A stretch of DNA of 64,000 bases from Actinomycetales bacterium (GTDB lineage: Bacteria > Actinomycetota > Actinomycetes > S36-B12 > UBA5976). The stretch is from the NCBI GenBank assembly GCA_018969715.1, contig JAGWXT010000001.1, positions 74,877 through 138,876 of the forward strand, in the 5' to 3' direction. A program made the translations under genes and the position numbers. Of the stretch, positions 63,345-64,000 are shown piece by piece. Positions within the stretch are counted from its first letter, which is position 1, and each line of letters opens with the position of its first letter. The notes beneath the pieces were generated by a model, which saw only the letters and a list, made by a program, of their open reading frames with translations, was not told the origin of the DNA and ran no database searches.

Positions 63345-64000
63345 GCGTCCAGGGCCATCTGCACCTGCGTGACGGTGAGCCAGGGCAAGGGGGCGAGCAC
63401 CTTGGCCACCTGTGGGGCGAACATCGGCGAGGAGGCGAGGACGTCGGCTGCCGGGCCGTCGGCGAGCACCTCCCCGTCGGCGAGGATTACCAGTCGGGTG
63501 GCGACCTCAGCGGCCAGTTCCACATCATGGGTTGCCAGCAGGATTGCGCGGTTCTCCGCAGCGAGCCGGCGCAGGATTGCAACCAGGCGGGCCTTCGCCC
63601 GGTAGTCGAGGCCGCGGGTGGGCTCATCGAGCAGGATCACGGCCGGGTCACCGGCAAGGATCACGGCGAGGGCGCAGCAGAGTCGCTGCCCCTCGGAGAG
63701 GTCACGCGGGTGGCTGGTCGGGTTGATGCCGGGGGTGAGGGAGTCCAGCAGGGCGCGGGTGTGGCCCGGTGGCCGCTGGGCGTCCACATCGGACAGGGCG
63801 CACTCCCGCTCGACAGTGCCAGCGATGAGGAGGTCGGCGGGTTCCTGGGGTACCAGCCCCACCCGGCTTATGAGTGCCCGTCCGCGCAGCCGCGCGGGAT
63901 CGAGGCCAGCGACGCTGAGCGTGCCCTCATCTGGCCGGCGCAGCCCGACGACCGCGGACAGCAGGGTTGTCTTGCCCGAGCCGTTGCGACCCATGAGGGC
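63341..64000 (-). CDS. ABC/ECF-type ATP-binding protein, 5' part outside the window
   Basis: Walker A GRNGSGKTT lies at the very edge, so the gene continues beyond 64000. Signature LSEGQRLCCALAV and Walker B ILLDEPTRGLD. Confidence 0.85.
   Translation of the reverse strand, partial: ALMGRNGSGKTTLLSAVVGLRRPDEGTLSVAGLDPARLRGRALISRVGLVPQEPADLLIAGTVERECALSDVDAQRPPGHTRALLDSLTPGINPTSHPRDLSEGQRLCCALAVILAGDPAVILLDEPTRGLDYRAKARLVAILRRLAAENRAILLATHDVELAAEVATRLVILADGEVLADGPAADVLASSPMFAPQVAKVLAPLPWLTVTQVQMALDA

Overview
This is a very GC-rich chromosomal segment; third codon positions are almost all G/C. Its gene order is typical of Actinobacteria, but the lineage cannot be fixed without a database search. 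I call about 60 protein genes and find no rRNA, tRNA, CRISPR array, transposase or integrase.

Most of the window is conserved housekeeping synteny:
- rpsB-tsf-pyrH-frr-cdsA-rlmN
- dxr-rseP-ispG-GNAT-proS
- rimP-nusA-ylxR-infB-rbfA-nrnA-truB-ribF-rpsO-pnp-M16 peptidase-dapB, with many ATGA/GTGA start-stop overlaps
- azlCD, thyX-dapA-rnj, CDGSH protein, ftsK, rodZ-like, rimO-pgsA-cinA, clgR-like HTH, recA, recX-like, miaB-miaA

Three blocks look accessory:
1. About 4.8-22.3 kb: an agmatine/putrescine-to-GABA-to-succinate-semialdehyde cluster with no regulator gene. It holds an acyl-CoA dehydrogenase, CopC, an FAD amine oxidase-like protein, a PNPOx-like flavoprotein, a class-III aminotransferase, an aldehyde dehydrogenase, PotDABC, agmatinase, a GT-B glycosyltransferase with an unknown C-terminal domain, a saccharopine-dehydrogenase-like protein, a membrane protein and GabT.
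2. 54.6-57.3 kb: a translationally coupled three-gene operon (GT-A-like unknown protein, membrane GT2, CrtO-like acyltransferase). It sits between the clgR-like gene and recA, with no carotenoid backbone genes nearby.
3. 61.6-64.0 kb, cut by the window edge: a degenerate CobT-like protein behind an ECF-type S component and an ABC ATPase.

The most unusual sequence-level signal is a high density of short tandem repeats, with units of 9, 11, 15, 20, 21, 24, 27 and 33 bp. Four of them start on or span a stop codon (copC, aldehyde dehydrogenase, rseP, miaA). Three others sit in control regions: upstream of the clgR-like gene, upstream of recA, and between the aldehyde dehydrogenase and potD.

All functional calls come from motif recognition in the supplied translations. 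No similarity search was run.
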